A DNA stretch of 64,000 nucleotides, taken from NCBI RefSeq assembly GCF_000150275.1, contig NW_002060943.1, positions 12,947,639 to 13,011,638 on the forward strand. The letters are read 5' to 3'. Both the position numbers and the translations under genes were made by a program. Source of the stretch: Trichoplax adhaerens (taxonomy: Eukaryota; Animalia; Placozoa). The number at the start of each line of letters is the position of its first letter. Positions within the stretch are counted from its first letter, which is position 1. Positions 25,412 to 38,326 of this stretch are shown one piece after another. Below the pieces are notes generated by a model. It saw only the letters and a list, made by a program, of their open reading frames with translations, made no database searches and was not told where the DNA came from.

Positions 25412-27005
25412 TGTATTATGTTTCATCCGAAATGTGAATTTCTTCCCTTCAGATTTAGTTATTTAACGTGTTACACAGATTTAATTCCCATTAGCTTATC
25501 TAGACTTTACAGATAGCCTTACCATTTTACAATATTATTATTGTAATATTAACATTAATATTGCAGTTCCAATTTGAAATCTCTGAAGTTGACTATATTT
25601 CCCGATTCAATTTCATAAATTTATTTTGTTAGCATGAATACAACATGTTTTCCAAACACCTTTTATTTATGTTTACTTTAGTAAACCAAAACTAAATGCA
25701 ATCACGAAATGAATCCTACTTAATGCTTTAATGCAAGCACCATCGATTGATTGATCGTACCACTTCAATAGACATTTTCCCTATCAACCTACTCTTATAA
25801 TCTTCTTAACTATGTCTACAGACAAGCTCAGCAGCTGAGATACTCAGATCAATTCTCCAATCAATACTTTAACTGTATTCTGCAATGGAATACGTTTATT
25901 TCAAAGAGTATTAACACCAACATAAGCTTACTTCCTGAACGACTATCTGCTGTTACGCAGTTGCTTCTTTACTGTGCTACAACGATATACTACCAAGGTC
26001 CAATGAGTTCAACGACTTGACCTAATACGATACCATAAATTACAAACAGATCTTGAAAGCTAAATCTTCACCTTTATTTTTACTCATAAAATTGAATCTA
26101 CGCTAAATTAAGGAGACGAATGTTGTTAATAAAGAGATGACAGAAGAGTAAATTACATCATATCTGGTGGCCATCGTGATAGAGAATAACTAAAACTCTA
26201 AAGTAATCCTGCTCAATTTATCCAACAGATTAAAAGAAAACTAGAAATAGAAGCTAGAAATCAAGGACCGATTTGAAACACTCAATCTTACGCTATTGTA
26301 AAATATTACAAAAACCATCCATGGTAGAGTCTCTCTTGAATAGCCAAAATGCAGAGAATCATGCTACAGTTCCATCTCATCAAAACGCGATAATCATTAG
26401 ACAGATAGATGCAATCTTTCCTTGTTTCGGCTACAATTGAGATCTTATCACTACTTGCCATTGATCGGCAAGTAGTGATCATTTTGATGTTATAAGATGA
26501 TGCAATTCTTGACAACGTAAAATTCTATCACGCACTAAATTAGTAAGATTGAACAGTAAAAAGGCAGATACAAAATAAAGGAAATTTATTATGCAGACTT
26601 TCAATTCAAACTATTTCTTTATCTACGTTGAGCTGCTTCATTATTTTACACACAAGGTATATCGCAAATCTAGAATTTATAATCCCAGCAGCAAAATTTA
26701 CCTGCAATAATTTTTTTCATACTGTTAGAAAGTATTTTGTCCAATGTCGATGTAGGAAAAAACTTTATAGTAAATATTGCAAAGTTACTATTACAAACTA
26801 GATAGTATAAATGATTTAGATTTCTTCGTTCTTTTTTATGCTAATATTGTAGTCTAGCATTGAGATCATTCCGTATAATATGAACAAATGTGCAGCTTTC
26901 AATCAAATTCTTTAACCGACAAGCCTTAACAGATCGCATTTTCATCGTCTATCCATCTAGATAAAAGAATTATATTTACAAGGTGTATTATAATTATCGG
27001 ACCAG

Positions 27006-27611
27006 CTATGCATGCTGGGACTTTAAATGTTGCTTAAGATCTGGCATATGCTTGGGACTATATTTGCACTTATGACATTGCAAAGGTGAAGCAAGAAAAG
27101 ATTGATATAATTCCTTATTTAAGCTAATGGATTTTTTCCTTTCCAGTTCTTGTATAATATTGGTTGAAAGCAAAAAGAAGGATGTCGTAAATGAATTCCA
27201 ATGTTTTTTAGTCTTTAAACAATCTGAATTGAAATCTTGACTGATGACATGAACATGCAATGGAGTCATACTTGGTATAGCATGATAGCCGATTCTAAAT
27301 TCCAGCTTGCCTTGATCATCATTTTTCCCTTGAATTCTGTCGATCAGCTCCTGTGCACGTTGGTGTAAATGTTTTACAAGATGTAGATGTTGATCAGCTC
27401 GTAATTGTTGTATATTGTTAATATCATCCTTAGGCATGATTAAATAATGATGCTTAGCTTTAGGAAATTTATCTTTAATGGTGACAGTTAGATCATCTTC
27501 TTCTACTTTTAAATTAGGATCTCTGATGGAATCTTTCAACGATAGAAAGGCCCTATTAAACATAACACTGCCATACCGATTTTTTTTAAATCCACGATAA
27601 GACATGATCAT
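27006..27611 (-). CDS. APTX: Aprataxin (HIT + C2H2 zinc finger); start codon uncertain (27611, 27605 or 27563, or an upstream exon)
   Basis: IKDKFPKAKHHYLIMP, GYHAIPSM, HIT motif HVHVISQDF, LKTKKHWNSF, and zinc finger CHKC...LKQHLKSQH. Confidence 0.9.
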   Translation of the reverse strand: MIMSYRGFKKNRYGSVMFNRAFLSLKDSIRDPNLKVEEDDLTVTIKDKFPKAKHHYLIMPKDDINNIQQLRADQHLHLVKHLHQRAQELIDRIQGKNDDQGKLEFRIGYHAIPSMTPLHVHVISQDFNSDCLKTKKHWNSFTTSFFLLSTNIIQELERKKSISLNKELYQSFLASPLQCHKCKYSPKHMPDLKQHLKSQHA

Positions 27612-28470
27612 AAAAGTAAACAACAAGATCGCTCCACTTCAAAGTCGTTTAGCTCGCAAGAAAACTCGTTAAGATTGAAATTTAACCTCTGTCTATCCCA
27701 TAAGCATTCTTCTTGGCTCGATTGCTTCAAGCAGTACCTTTGCCAACGAGATCTTTCACCAACAGCCTGCCATCTTGCAGTCGCTGCAGTAGCTCAGCTC
27801 CTCCTTTGCGTGGCATCTCCAAGCTGAGAAGGCTTAACTGGAACAGTTGTACCGTTCACCCATACAATATCTAATGAAGTTTTCTCATGTTTGGAGCATA
27901 TAGTACTCAATTACCACAATTTTGCTGCTTAACTCGTCGTACGGAATACTGGACGTACAGAACGTTTGACCATAGCATACTCTGTGTACGATACAGCCTT
28001 GCAGCATGATACAGTAATATAGAGTAAAAGTGTAAACATCGACACCACTAAAGTTGCCTGAAATCGACACCTTCTTCTACTCTTAACGCTAGCATCGAGC
28101 TCATCATTTGTCATCGCTTCTCTTCCTGACAGCCGATGGTGGAAAATTTGGGCGTAGAAATGATCATTCTGCTCCATCAATAAGTTTTTTATCCAACTTG
28201 CAATCATGGTAATACAATATTGATGAGAAAGAGATTGTAATGTACAGTTGGTAGTCACCGATCGTAGATATGCTTGATTGCAAATGGCTGAAGAATGATT
28301 TGGTTCATTTCTGACTACTTTTAGGTTTATGCAGCTCGGCTACATGAGCGCTATACTTGAATGATTTTATTATCTTTCAGATAGTGCTGCTCAAAGTTGT
28401 GCAAATCGACCTTAAAAAGCTTGAATCAGTAAGATTTACAGTACAAGTAAACCGATACTAGGACGATAGT

Positions 28471-29630
28471 ATGAGATTGCGATCGTTATCCCATGCTCTC
28501 CGAGTAGGATGGCTTAATTATGGTCATGGATGTCTGTTCTATGGCAACTCTCCATGGATACGATACAATTCTACTACCGGTCATAAAGTAGCGTGTATAG
28601 AAGATCTATCTATTGGTCAATCGGTTGAAATAACAAGATCATTTAGTCATAACGATGTTAAGCTATTTGCTCAGCTAAGTGGAGACAATAACCCTTTACA
28701 TCTGGATCCCGACTACGCCAAGAATACTCAATTTGGACGTTGTATTGTACACGGATTGTTAATTAATGGGTACTAGAAACTCATATGCGTAAGGGATATC
28801 ATGATAAATTAATGAGCATTTCTATCATGACATAGATTGCTATCAGCTCTACTTGGGACGAAATTACCAGGTTATGGAACGATCTATGTATCTCAGGATA
28901 TAAGATTTCATTCCCCTTGTAAGTAATATGCAGGTAGATCTATAAATGAAAACTGTTATTATCATATTTGGATGCAATGACGATGATAGAAGAGAGCAAT
29001 GACTAAGAATGAGTACATATAACAGTAATACCGTACTTCACCTTGCCTAGCTATTTCTATCGTTAATCCATATTTGGTGTACAGTTATTAATGAATTCAT
29101 CTTACATTCTACAGTATATATAGATGAAGAAGTCACTGCTCTTGTCCAAATTAGTAACATCCGAAGGTCAACTGTTTATGCAGCTCTCACGTGTACCGCA
29201 AAAGAGAGAAATGAGGTAATTAGTGGCTAAGAAATGAAAGTAGTTTCTTGTAGATCCTATTGCGTCAATGAATGTGAAGATTTTAGTCGATGGTTAGCTA
29301 AATACATTAAAACCATTATTCCTGAGTAAGAAAATTGCAATTATTATTTTCATTTCATATAATTATTAATGATAGTTGCCGATTCAATAACTTGAAAATA
29401 TCAATCTCTTTGTATTATAAATTGATAAATCCTGATGAAAGTTGGTCTCTGCTGTCTGATTTTGAGATGTCAAACATGCTTCTCTTCAATTATTTCAGAA
29501 TTAAGCTATGATTTGATATTAATGGCTTTAAAATAACTTATAGGTGTTCATAATCAATCTATTACAGGTAGTACTGTCAGGCCAGGCTATTGTTATGATA
29601 CCCAAAAGGAACCAAATTCAAAGTGAATAA
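28471..29630 (+). CDS. HTD2: Mitochondrial hydroxyacyl-thioester dehydratase type 2-like (MaoC hotdog fold)
   Basis: Exons 28471-28769, 28836-28918, 29115-29215 and 29568-29630. Arg-rich, acid-free N-terminus (presequence-like). Hydratase-2 motif FAQLSGDNNPLHLD, IVHGLLING, LLGTKLPG, YVSQDIRF. Confidence 0.85.
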
Positions 29631-32600
29631 TTTTAGTGCCAAGAATCGGATAATTATTACAGCAATCCTACGTGCCAACAAAAGAGTCGAGCGGGATGAT
29701 TAAGCAAGACTAGTATTTGCATTAATGTTGCTTATTTTCGTATGTAACTATACTAAGTTTCTGCGTGTATCTATGGCAATGGTATTCAATTTTATGTAAA
29801 AAAGAAAGAGTTTATTTATTCGAAATATTGACCAGCTATAATTATTATACTTAGTAAATGAGTAGTTATTTAAATGGATTATTTCTTTTTTGTATACTTT
29901 AGTTTACAATTTAATTAACTTGACGCTAGAAAAGTATCTTAATGCTAGAATGTAAGTAGATGTAAATTGCAATTCGTATGATTCATACAGTAACGTTAAC
30001 CGTTTCAATATCAGCTACTGTCCATTTATACTTTATTTAGGTTACTTAGTCTGTTATAGTACATATATGCTATCCTATAGTAGGTTTGAAAAAAATAGGA
30101 AGATTTACAAAGATTAATTCCGAATGGTGATCCATGTACACTTTCACATCAAATAACATACGGTAGCTACTCATGGTAATAACATTGCCACTTATACTAT
30201 TATTCTACATTATAGTAGTAATGATTATCTTAGGATAGGAAGAGAAATTAGGATTAAAATGTTGTCACAAATATCTCCTACTTGTGAGCGATTAAACTTC
30301 TCTAGTTACTATTACTCTCGTTGAACACTGGCTATTATGGTCGAGGTTAGAACTACTAGAAGAGTTTTAATGTTATAAAATACTTTATTGGTATAAGTCC
30401 GGCTTGCAGGCCTGTCTATTACGATCGGAATTTGGAACTGAACAAGCTAGTAAGCTAAGTAATTCTATGGCAACAATATAGACGGTGCATTTACATTTAA
30501 TAATCCGAAACTCAAATAGCAATAGCGAATCGCAATTAACAGGAATGGATAAACAACATTAAAAGCAATTAGAAATATTAATTTAGCTTACGGTGTCAGA
30601 CACCGTAGCAAATGTACATCTGTATTAGCGAATCTATGACTAATGTCCACTGACGATGAAATTAAAAAATTCTGTATGCCTTGACTAAGCAATACCGCTG
30701 AACTAATATAATTGAATCAAGAAAAATCCCTATCTTTATCAGCCAGCTACCAAATAGACAATAAGACTTAAATGCATATACAATTTATTTCTAGAACGCT
30801 GAATTAGAATATTCCTTACATTATCCCACTAAACTATCGAGCTATATTTTCTCTTTACACTAGTGTACTTCACCTGTAGGATTGTCGAATAAATATTTAT
30901 AAAGCTGTAATCTATTTTACGGCTTGAACAGTGCCTAGTGCAATTAAGTTGATGAATTACTTGGGTCCAGTATATACGCATATAAAATTCTCCGAGATCA
31001 ATCGATATATAATGGTCGGCTCTTTAGTATCTTGAATTCTCCATAATCGATAATATATTTTCAATAAATGCTAGTTTCTCATGATAATATATTCTCTAGA
31101 ATCCGTAATCAGTAAATGCGCCGCATTTGCCACAATATTTGTAATGAATCGATAAGACTATTAATGATTATTTTTGCAGAAACTTGACAAAATTTTGCAG
31201 TTTCTATGTAATACTAGAATCCGTATTTATAATTCAAAGTCAATAATTAAGTGATGAATAGAATGGCGATAGAATGGAAACAAAACTTATAAAATATAAA
31301 CCATACACTGGTCGAGATATATCACTAGCAATATTACATATAGCAATTCCACTTATTTTATATAATATATCGATGTAAATGCTAGATTACGCATAGCACG
31401 AAGTCACTGCATCTGATTGCAAGATAGAAAGAATCTTGATCTGTAGATTTAGACTACTATTTGATCCAATATAGACCTACTCGTATTCATTAATTCACTT
31501 TATATATTCGTTATGTACAACAGAAATATGGCGTTAACTGAAAACAAAACTAGTCTAAAAGTTCATCATTCAATGTAAATTTAGGGAGATGTTTCTTTGA
31601 AATTGTGAAGCATATTGTGATTGAATCTATGAATCAGATATTCTTTAATAGTTTTTACACAATTTCTGATTAAAGGCATAAACTGACTTTAAAAAATTAT
31701 TTTTGTTTCCTTTATCAACAGCCATTCATAATGAGTGATTGACAGGATATTGTTGCAATAGATATATATGAGCAAAAAAATTATAGCAAAGCATTCAATA
31801 ACATTAACCAACTTGCCTTTTTAAAGTAATTGTAGCGATATAACTAGTACCATGGCCTAACATTAACCCTAAACTTAGTAATATGGATTGGAAATCTCAT
31901 CACACCTTTGTACTTTTCTAAAAATCATTTCGGAAGAATGGCTGATTGTATAATAAAGTCAAAGATGCTACTCAAGTACGACAAAGTTCAATAATAACTT
32001 AGTCATTATCCGCCTCTTTTTTATGGAATTTTTATTTAAAACTATTTCATAGAAGTAATAATCAAGCAAATTGAGTAAATCAATAATGATAAAACGATGA
32101 CAAATAAATCACTTCTGATGATCAATTTCATCCCAAGCGATGAGACTTATTCTATACTATAGTTTTATCATTCCGGATATATGTGATGCTATAGGTATAT
32201 GCTGTTATTTTATTTAAAAGTTATCTGAAATTGATTGCATAATCAAGAAGCATTCACTAGTCGTTCTATCGATAGTATTTATAAATCGGAGCCTAACTAA
32301 TATTGATTCAATTGCGCTCTTTCATTATTATATGCCTTGACTAGTCGATTATTTCCCTAAATTACTTTCAAAGAGGTCATAATATAACGCCTAAACTATT
32401 CTTTTTAGACTAATTATACACGAAGCTTTTACATATCTTTCTTTATGCTTTTACAATTAGTTTGCATAGAAGCCAACATTGTTTACTTCAAATGACAAAT
32501 TAATAGTTTACTCTTCCATTGATGAATTAATATAACATGAACAAAAGAAGCATCTACTGGCTTCTAACAAAAGTTTGCTATTACTAGCCATTTCAATGGC

Positions 32601-32983
32601 GGCGTTAAAGATATGAATATATTATCCGATCGTCATAGCAACAAGTGGCAGTAAAGAGCAGAACTATTTTTTCGTCTTTCTATCGGATAGAATTTATGTC
32701 TGCAAAGGGATCCAACTATGATGATTGATGAGAATCATTCTTAACTCAGCATGACCAATTACAATAACAAACTATAATTTCGTCATAGGATAGATGCTCT
32801 CGACTAATTAAGAAGAGTCAATTCCTTGGTTAATATATTATTATCGAATTGTTTTAGCACTGAAAAAGAGGTTGGAATTTATTCTGTTTTCATACTCTGG
32901 ACGCAAGTCAACATTTCCATTTAGCCTAAGAAGATTATATGCTAGTTACGAAATTAAAGCAGTAAAAATTAACTGACTCCGAA

Positions 32984-35900
32984 ATGGCATCACAATCACC
33001 CAATAAAAGTGCAAAGAAACTCCAATTTAAACAGAAAATCCTTTCAACGATCAGTGGGAATAAAAACCAAATTAGTAAAGCTATCATGGAATCAAACCAA
33101 CCAGTCTCCGTGGTAAATACGTGTATATTTATAGCATTCCATTTATTCCTGATAGGCAATCCTGTCTAATCAATTTAAAGTATAACGGATAGTTCCTAAC
33201 ATTAAATTAATATGGTCATGGCAATGTATTTCAATCTTGATTGTAGAGTCTTGTTTTCATCATATTTATCATTTCGGTTTGGATTACCAATTAGTGTCGG
33301 ATAGGAATTAATATTTTTTAAAAGCAATTTTTATGCTGTTGATAACAATTATATCTATTTCATATTTCCATATAGTTAACTAAAGTAATAATCTGAAATA
33401 TTTTTCTGAGGAAATGATGAGAAGATATATTCAAATTATATGAGCAGATTAGTACTACATCCTGTTTATCAATGGTGTTCAGATAATAATTACCGAAAAA
33501 AACTGTTAAAATTAAAAAATAAACAGATTGAAAAACGGTTTTACTCTAATCGCCAATAGTATTCCATCGAAGCTTATATTTAGTCTTATTTAATAAAGGA
33601 ATAGACTAATTTATCTTCATTAAAAAGAAGTACAATTATATTTAAATCGTTAATAATATCGGTTCCTAGCTCATATTTTTATCTTGTTATCTAAAGAAAA
33701 CAGACTGATTGATCTTCCTGAAGAAATGATATCAAGTATCTTTAAATCTTCTTAGTTGATTACCACTGTATCATATTCACTAGGGCTGTTTAAAATAACA
33801 TTTACACCTACAAGCGGATGAAAATGGATAAATTGGAAAATAACTTTATGTACATCTTTCATTTAGCTGGAGTGGAATAGATCGTAATTACTCAATAATT
33901 TAATCTATTCTTAATATCATTGCTTTTCTTTATTATCTCGCATAGGGCAAACAAACGAGGCCAAACTCTCGCTTAAGGCGAATTGAAGAAAAGATGAGAG
34001 CTGCTGATTTAGAAATTGATTCTGACTCTGATAGCAGTAATGACGGATGGGATACTGATCTTGATGATGTGGGTAAGTTCCCATCAGAATAATATACCGC
34101 TTTAAGCACTATCATCTAGATTATGACGGATTCGAGTTCTAATTAAAAAATGAGATGGTTCGATATCTTCTACATGAAATCGAGACAAATCTGTTTAGCT
34201 CATCGTTATCCCTATGACATTAAGAAGCTATACAGTACAGTAACATAAGTTCGTTGTATTTTCTGATAACCTTGAAAATTTATCACAACATAAGGTTAAA
34301 CTGAGTCCTGCTAGACTCAATTACTGCAGTTATTCATGCTAAGATTCTGATTAATATTACTACATAGTAATGTAAGCTTTCGAATATATTCGTTTATCAA
34401 CGAACAAATATGGTACCATCAATGTAATTGATAAAGCCGAAGTCTATTTAATTAGTGACTTCATAAGTGATATTTTTGACCGATGGAGTATTCTGATCTA
34501 TCTATAAGCATCGATATCAACACTTTAATATCAGTACTATGTTATTAATTTATTTAGCTTCAGCATCTGAAGAAGAATATGAAGATCCATTAAAAGCAAT
34601 GTACATCAACGAATGTAAAAAGAAGGGCATGACTCCAGTATCCCACTATGTACGGCACTTTACCGATAAAGGTCTCCATCTTAGCCATTTAGGCCTGGGA
34701 TCTCGAGATATCAAAATTCTTGCTCAAAGTCTTGTGGTAAATTTCTAATGATTTGCATCCATAGATTGTAATATCTATCCTTTAATAAATTGTAAAGGCA
34801 GAACGGAATACTTAGATTTCAAATGATATAATTTACGTTATTTTAATGTTTATTCAACAGGAAAATACTGCCACGGTTAAGCTAGATCTACAGGATAATC
34901 GTCTCGAAGGAGAAGGAGCTGTTGCTATCGCCAATATGATGAAAGAAAATACCACAATTAAAGAAATAGTTAGTATCTGATTCTGTTATGCGCCAATATT
35001 AGTTGTGATTGTCAGCTATAAATTCATGATCCGAAAGTTTGGAGTTGTAGTATTAAATATTTCAAACATGCATTGCCAATCATCATTGACTCTCTGGCTT
35101 ATAAATTTATCCTTTATATCATTCGATAGAATTTAGCCGAAAACAGAATTCGAAGTGAAGGAGCCAATGCTGTAGCTGAAATGCTTCTTTATAATACAGA
35201 GATGCTCTCCCTGAATGTTTCAGGTTTGTTCAATTCCTTTTAAGCATTTCTAGAAGGGTAAAATATCCACCTTAAAAATTGTCGAATCGGCCAGGACAAT
35301 TAAAGTGGAATACTCTCGATTTTTTCGCTGCAGGAAACGATTTTGAAGACAACGATGCAGAGATATTATCGGAACCCATTATGGTAAAAATTAAAATATT
35401 TGCATATCAATATGCATTATACTCTAGCTAAGCATGTTAACTAATGCTAAATTTAAGCAGGAGAAGCCCGTCTATGTTTCTTTTATAATGATTTAATTCC
35501 CTTCTACAGATTAATTTCCACCTACAGACACTTAATTTAAGCCATAATAAGTTTTCCATTATTGGCGGCCAATTCTTAGGGAGTGCAATAGGTAAGAAAA
35601 TCTATTACCAACATTCTACCATTTCCTTAACAAGTTCATAGAGTCGAGAGAATAAAATTCTTTTATTTTCGTGATTAATATCTACAGCTCAAAATGATGG
35701 AATCGAAGATTTAGATTTAAGTTGGAATCATCTACGGAAAAAAGGTGCACATGCAATCGCAATCGCTTTAAGGGTAAGTAAAAAGCAAATGAATTTATGC
35801 CTCTGCTGTATTAAAGTAGATGATGCTAAGTATTTTTGCTAAGTCAGAAATAATTATTCAACCCTACTAAAGGAAAATGTTATATTTCCATTACATTTTT

Positions 35901-37419
35901 TATAGAGTAACGTTAGGTTAAAATATTTAAACTTGTCTTGGAATGGTTTTGCTGATGATGGGGCAGCCATCATGGGTGAAACATTAAAATATAATAATAC
36001 CCTCCTAGAGTTGGATCTCAGGTAACTTTCTTAGCACTAAACTAAATCTATTTATCCTGTAACTGCAATCGTCGTAGTTTTCAATGATACTTGATGCATA
36101 ATCAAGCATAAAATATTATTTTCCTCGTAGTAATAATCGTATAGGAGTCAAGGGAGCAAAGGCTTTAGCTCTTGGTTTAGCAGTCAATGACACCATTAGA
36201 GTTATAAAAGTAAGTTGATAACTAAGTTATTAGCCTGCTTTCGTCTTATAAAAACGAAATTAATGTAAAAATAATAGGTATAGCATCTATTTGATATTTG
36301 GCCATTCAACCACACTGCTAATTAATTGTATCTTCTAATTCTATTATATAATAATTTCTTTTCAGATTGGCAAGAATCCAATTTATGCCGAAGGTTGTTG
36401 TTCGATCCTTGAAGCCATAAATCGCAATCCTCGAACGGTTATTGTAGACATAGAAATGCAGGTAAAATAAAGCTGTTCAGAAAATGTATAATCATATATG
36501 TAACTTCAAGTTCTTTCTCTTTATTATTGTTAATACTTCTACAGGATATTCTTATTGATGACGTTTGTGGAAAGATACTAGAAGAAATAACTAAAAAATT
36601 TCCCACGATTAAAATCACTCATGGCGGTTTTTCCAATAACAGCGGTCTTAAAAGTATTAAAGTTGATCCAATGGCTGTTTTACAAGAATATATCGAAAGC
36701 CATAACTTGAGAATTATTGATTTATTTAATCGATTCGATCGTGATAACAGCAGAACTGTGGATAAACGAGAGTTCTTGGATGGTATGAAGGTTTGTATTA
36801 GCGTTCTCAATTGGATTTCTATCTTTAACATTGCTCAGTAATAAGATATATATAGCCATAATTAATTATTCATCTCTTTGCAAACTTCCGTTTTGATAGA
36901 CTTTGGATGTGCCACTGACTAAAGATCAATTGCTAGAGCTGGTTGATAGGCTAGATGCTGATGGTGATGGTCAAATTGCATACGGGTATACATTACTTTT
37001 ATTGACCTTTTATTATACTAAAAAACTAATTGTAACTACTGGTTATATGCCAAAACTGTAGAGAGCTAGTATCATCATCTCGAGGCATATTGCTTGATAA
37101 ACGAACGATTAAGAAGAAAAAGCTGGCTGCTGATAAAGAAATTGAAGAATTAGCCAAACAAGCTGATACAACGTCCTTAAGTCCAGTTATAAGATCTAAT
37201 TCAACGTCAAGAAAATCGATTGTAGCTGCAATAGCTGAATTACAAGATAAAGGCCTATTAGCGCCTAATGCAAGTATAACTCATGGAGCTCACGGGGCTT
37301 CTTTGAGTCCTAGAAAATCGATAGCTAAATTGGAAGGCATAAACAAAAGCAAAGCTCTTGCCTCTCCACAACCCAGATCTATTTCAGTTGTATCAAATAA
37401 AAGTAATTATTCCAAATAA
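32984..37419 (+). CDS. LRRC74: LRRC74-like leucine-rich repeat protein with C-terminal EF-hand pair
   Basis: About 14 exons (32984-33112, 33946-34072, 34558-34736, 34861-34968 ... 36545-36790, 36900-36985, ~37062-37419). WDTDLD motif, RI-type LRRs (LDLQDNRLEGEG, LDLSWNHLRKKG, LNLSWNGFADDG), and EF-hand loops DRDNSRTVDKREF and DADGDGQIAYGEL. Confidence 0.8.
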
Positions 37420-38326
37420 CTTACAGTCCTTTAACCATAAAAATGAGCATATCCACATTCTGGATAGTCTCAGTGATCTGATAGTTGAATACAGTAATAT
37501 ATAGTAATTTCTACCATCTCTACAGACTTTATTTCGATCGATATCTATGCATTCAACAGAAAATAACTATGGCAGTATTTGATACCCTTTTTGCAGAGTC
37601 TCACTATGGGACTGAATGATTAATTTATTTATGCAAGTGTTTACATTTTCAGCCTCATTACTTTTACGATTAAAACTACTTCAAGGTCAATAAGAAAGCA
37701 TCCATATTTTATAAAATGTATATACGTAAAGTTAGTACTCTTTTGATATGTAATCAATTATTTCATTTATTAAAAGTAATTTGTATACCGTTGATATCAA
37801 TGCGCACATTTATTGAGGGTTTTATCAAGCAAATGGAATGTTATACTTGATAAAGGTAGCATTCAATCGTGACTTTATCCTGACTTAAAAATTGTATAAT
37901 ATATAAAGATATTTCTACTTGAATTTAATATGCATTCCGCTTCATCGAAAGGAAACGGTAAGGATGCGCTATTTAACACCCTTTTTTAAACTTAATTTAC
38001 AACCAATACAATAAAAAAATGCAAGATAAAGCAATTTCGAAACAGTTTGTACTCGTGTCTTTAGCACTAGATACACATTCTTGTTAGCCACTGATAATGG
38101 GTGTCTAGTTAAATCAACAAGTCATAGACAATAGCTGCCGTAGTCATATATGCGTATATCAACATGACGAAACACTATCGGCATAAAGTATTTGTTGATG
38201 GTTAGTTATATTACAAACTAGATCCAGCACTGATCTTTACATTAGCCATAGCCAATACTTTGATGATTACTTATAATAGGATTGTTGCACTGCGAGGTAA
38301 TTTCATAACCAATCGATTACTGCCAC

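Noticed and set aside
25740-26440. Possible degenerate coding relic between the ODC-like gene and APTX
   Set aside because: Only short open stretches with no motif I could recognise.
19000-28500. Antizyme-like +1 frameshift gene near the ODC-like locus
   Set aside because: I found no ORF1-UCC-UGA-ORF2 arrangement or antizyme-like sequence by eye.
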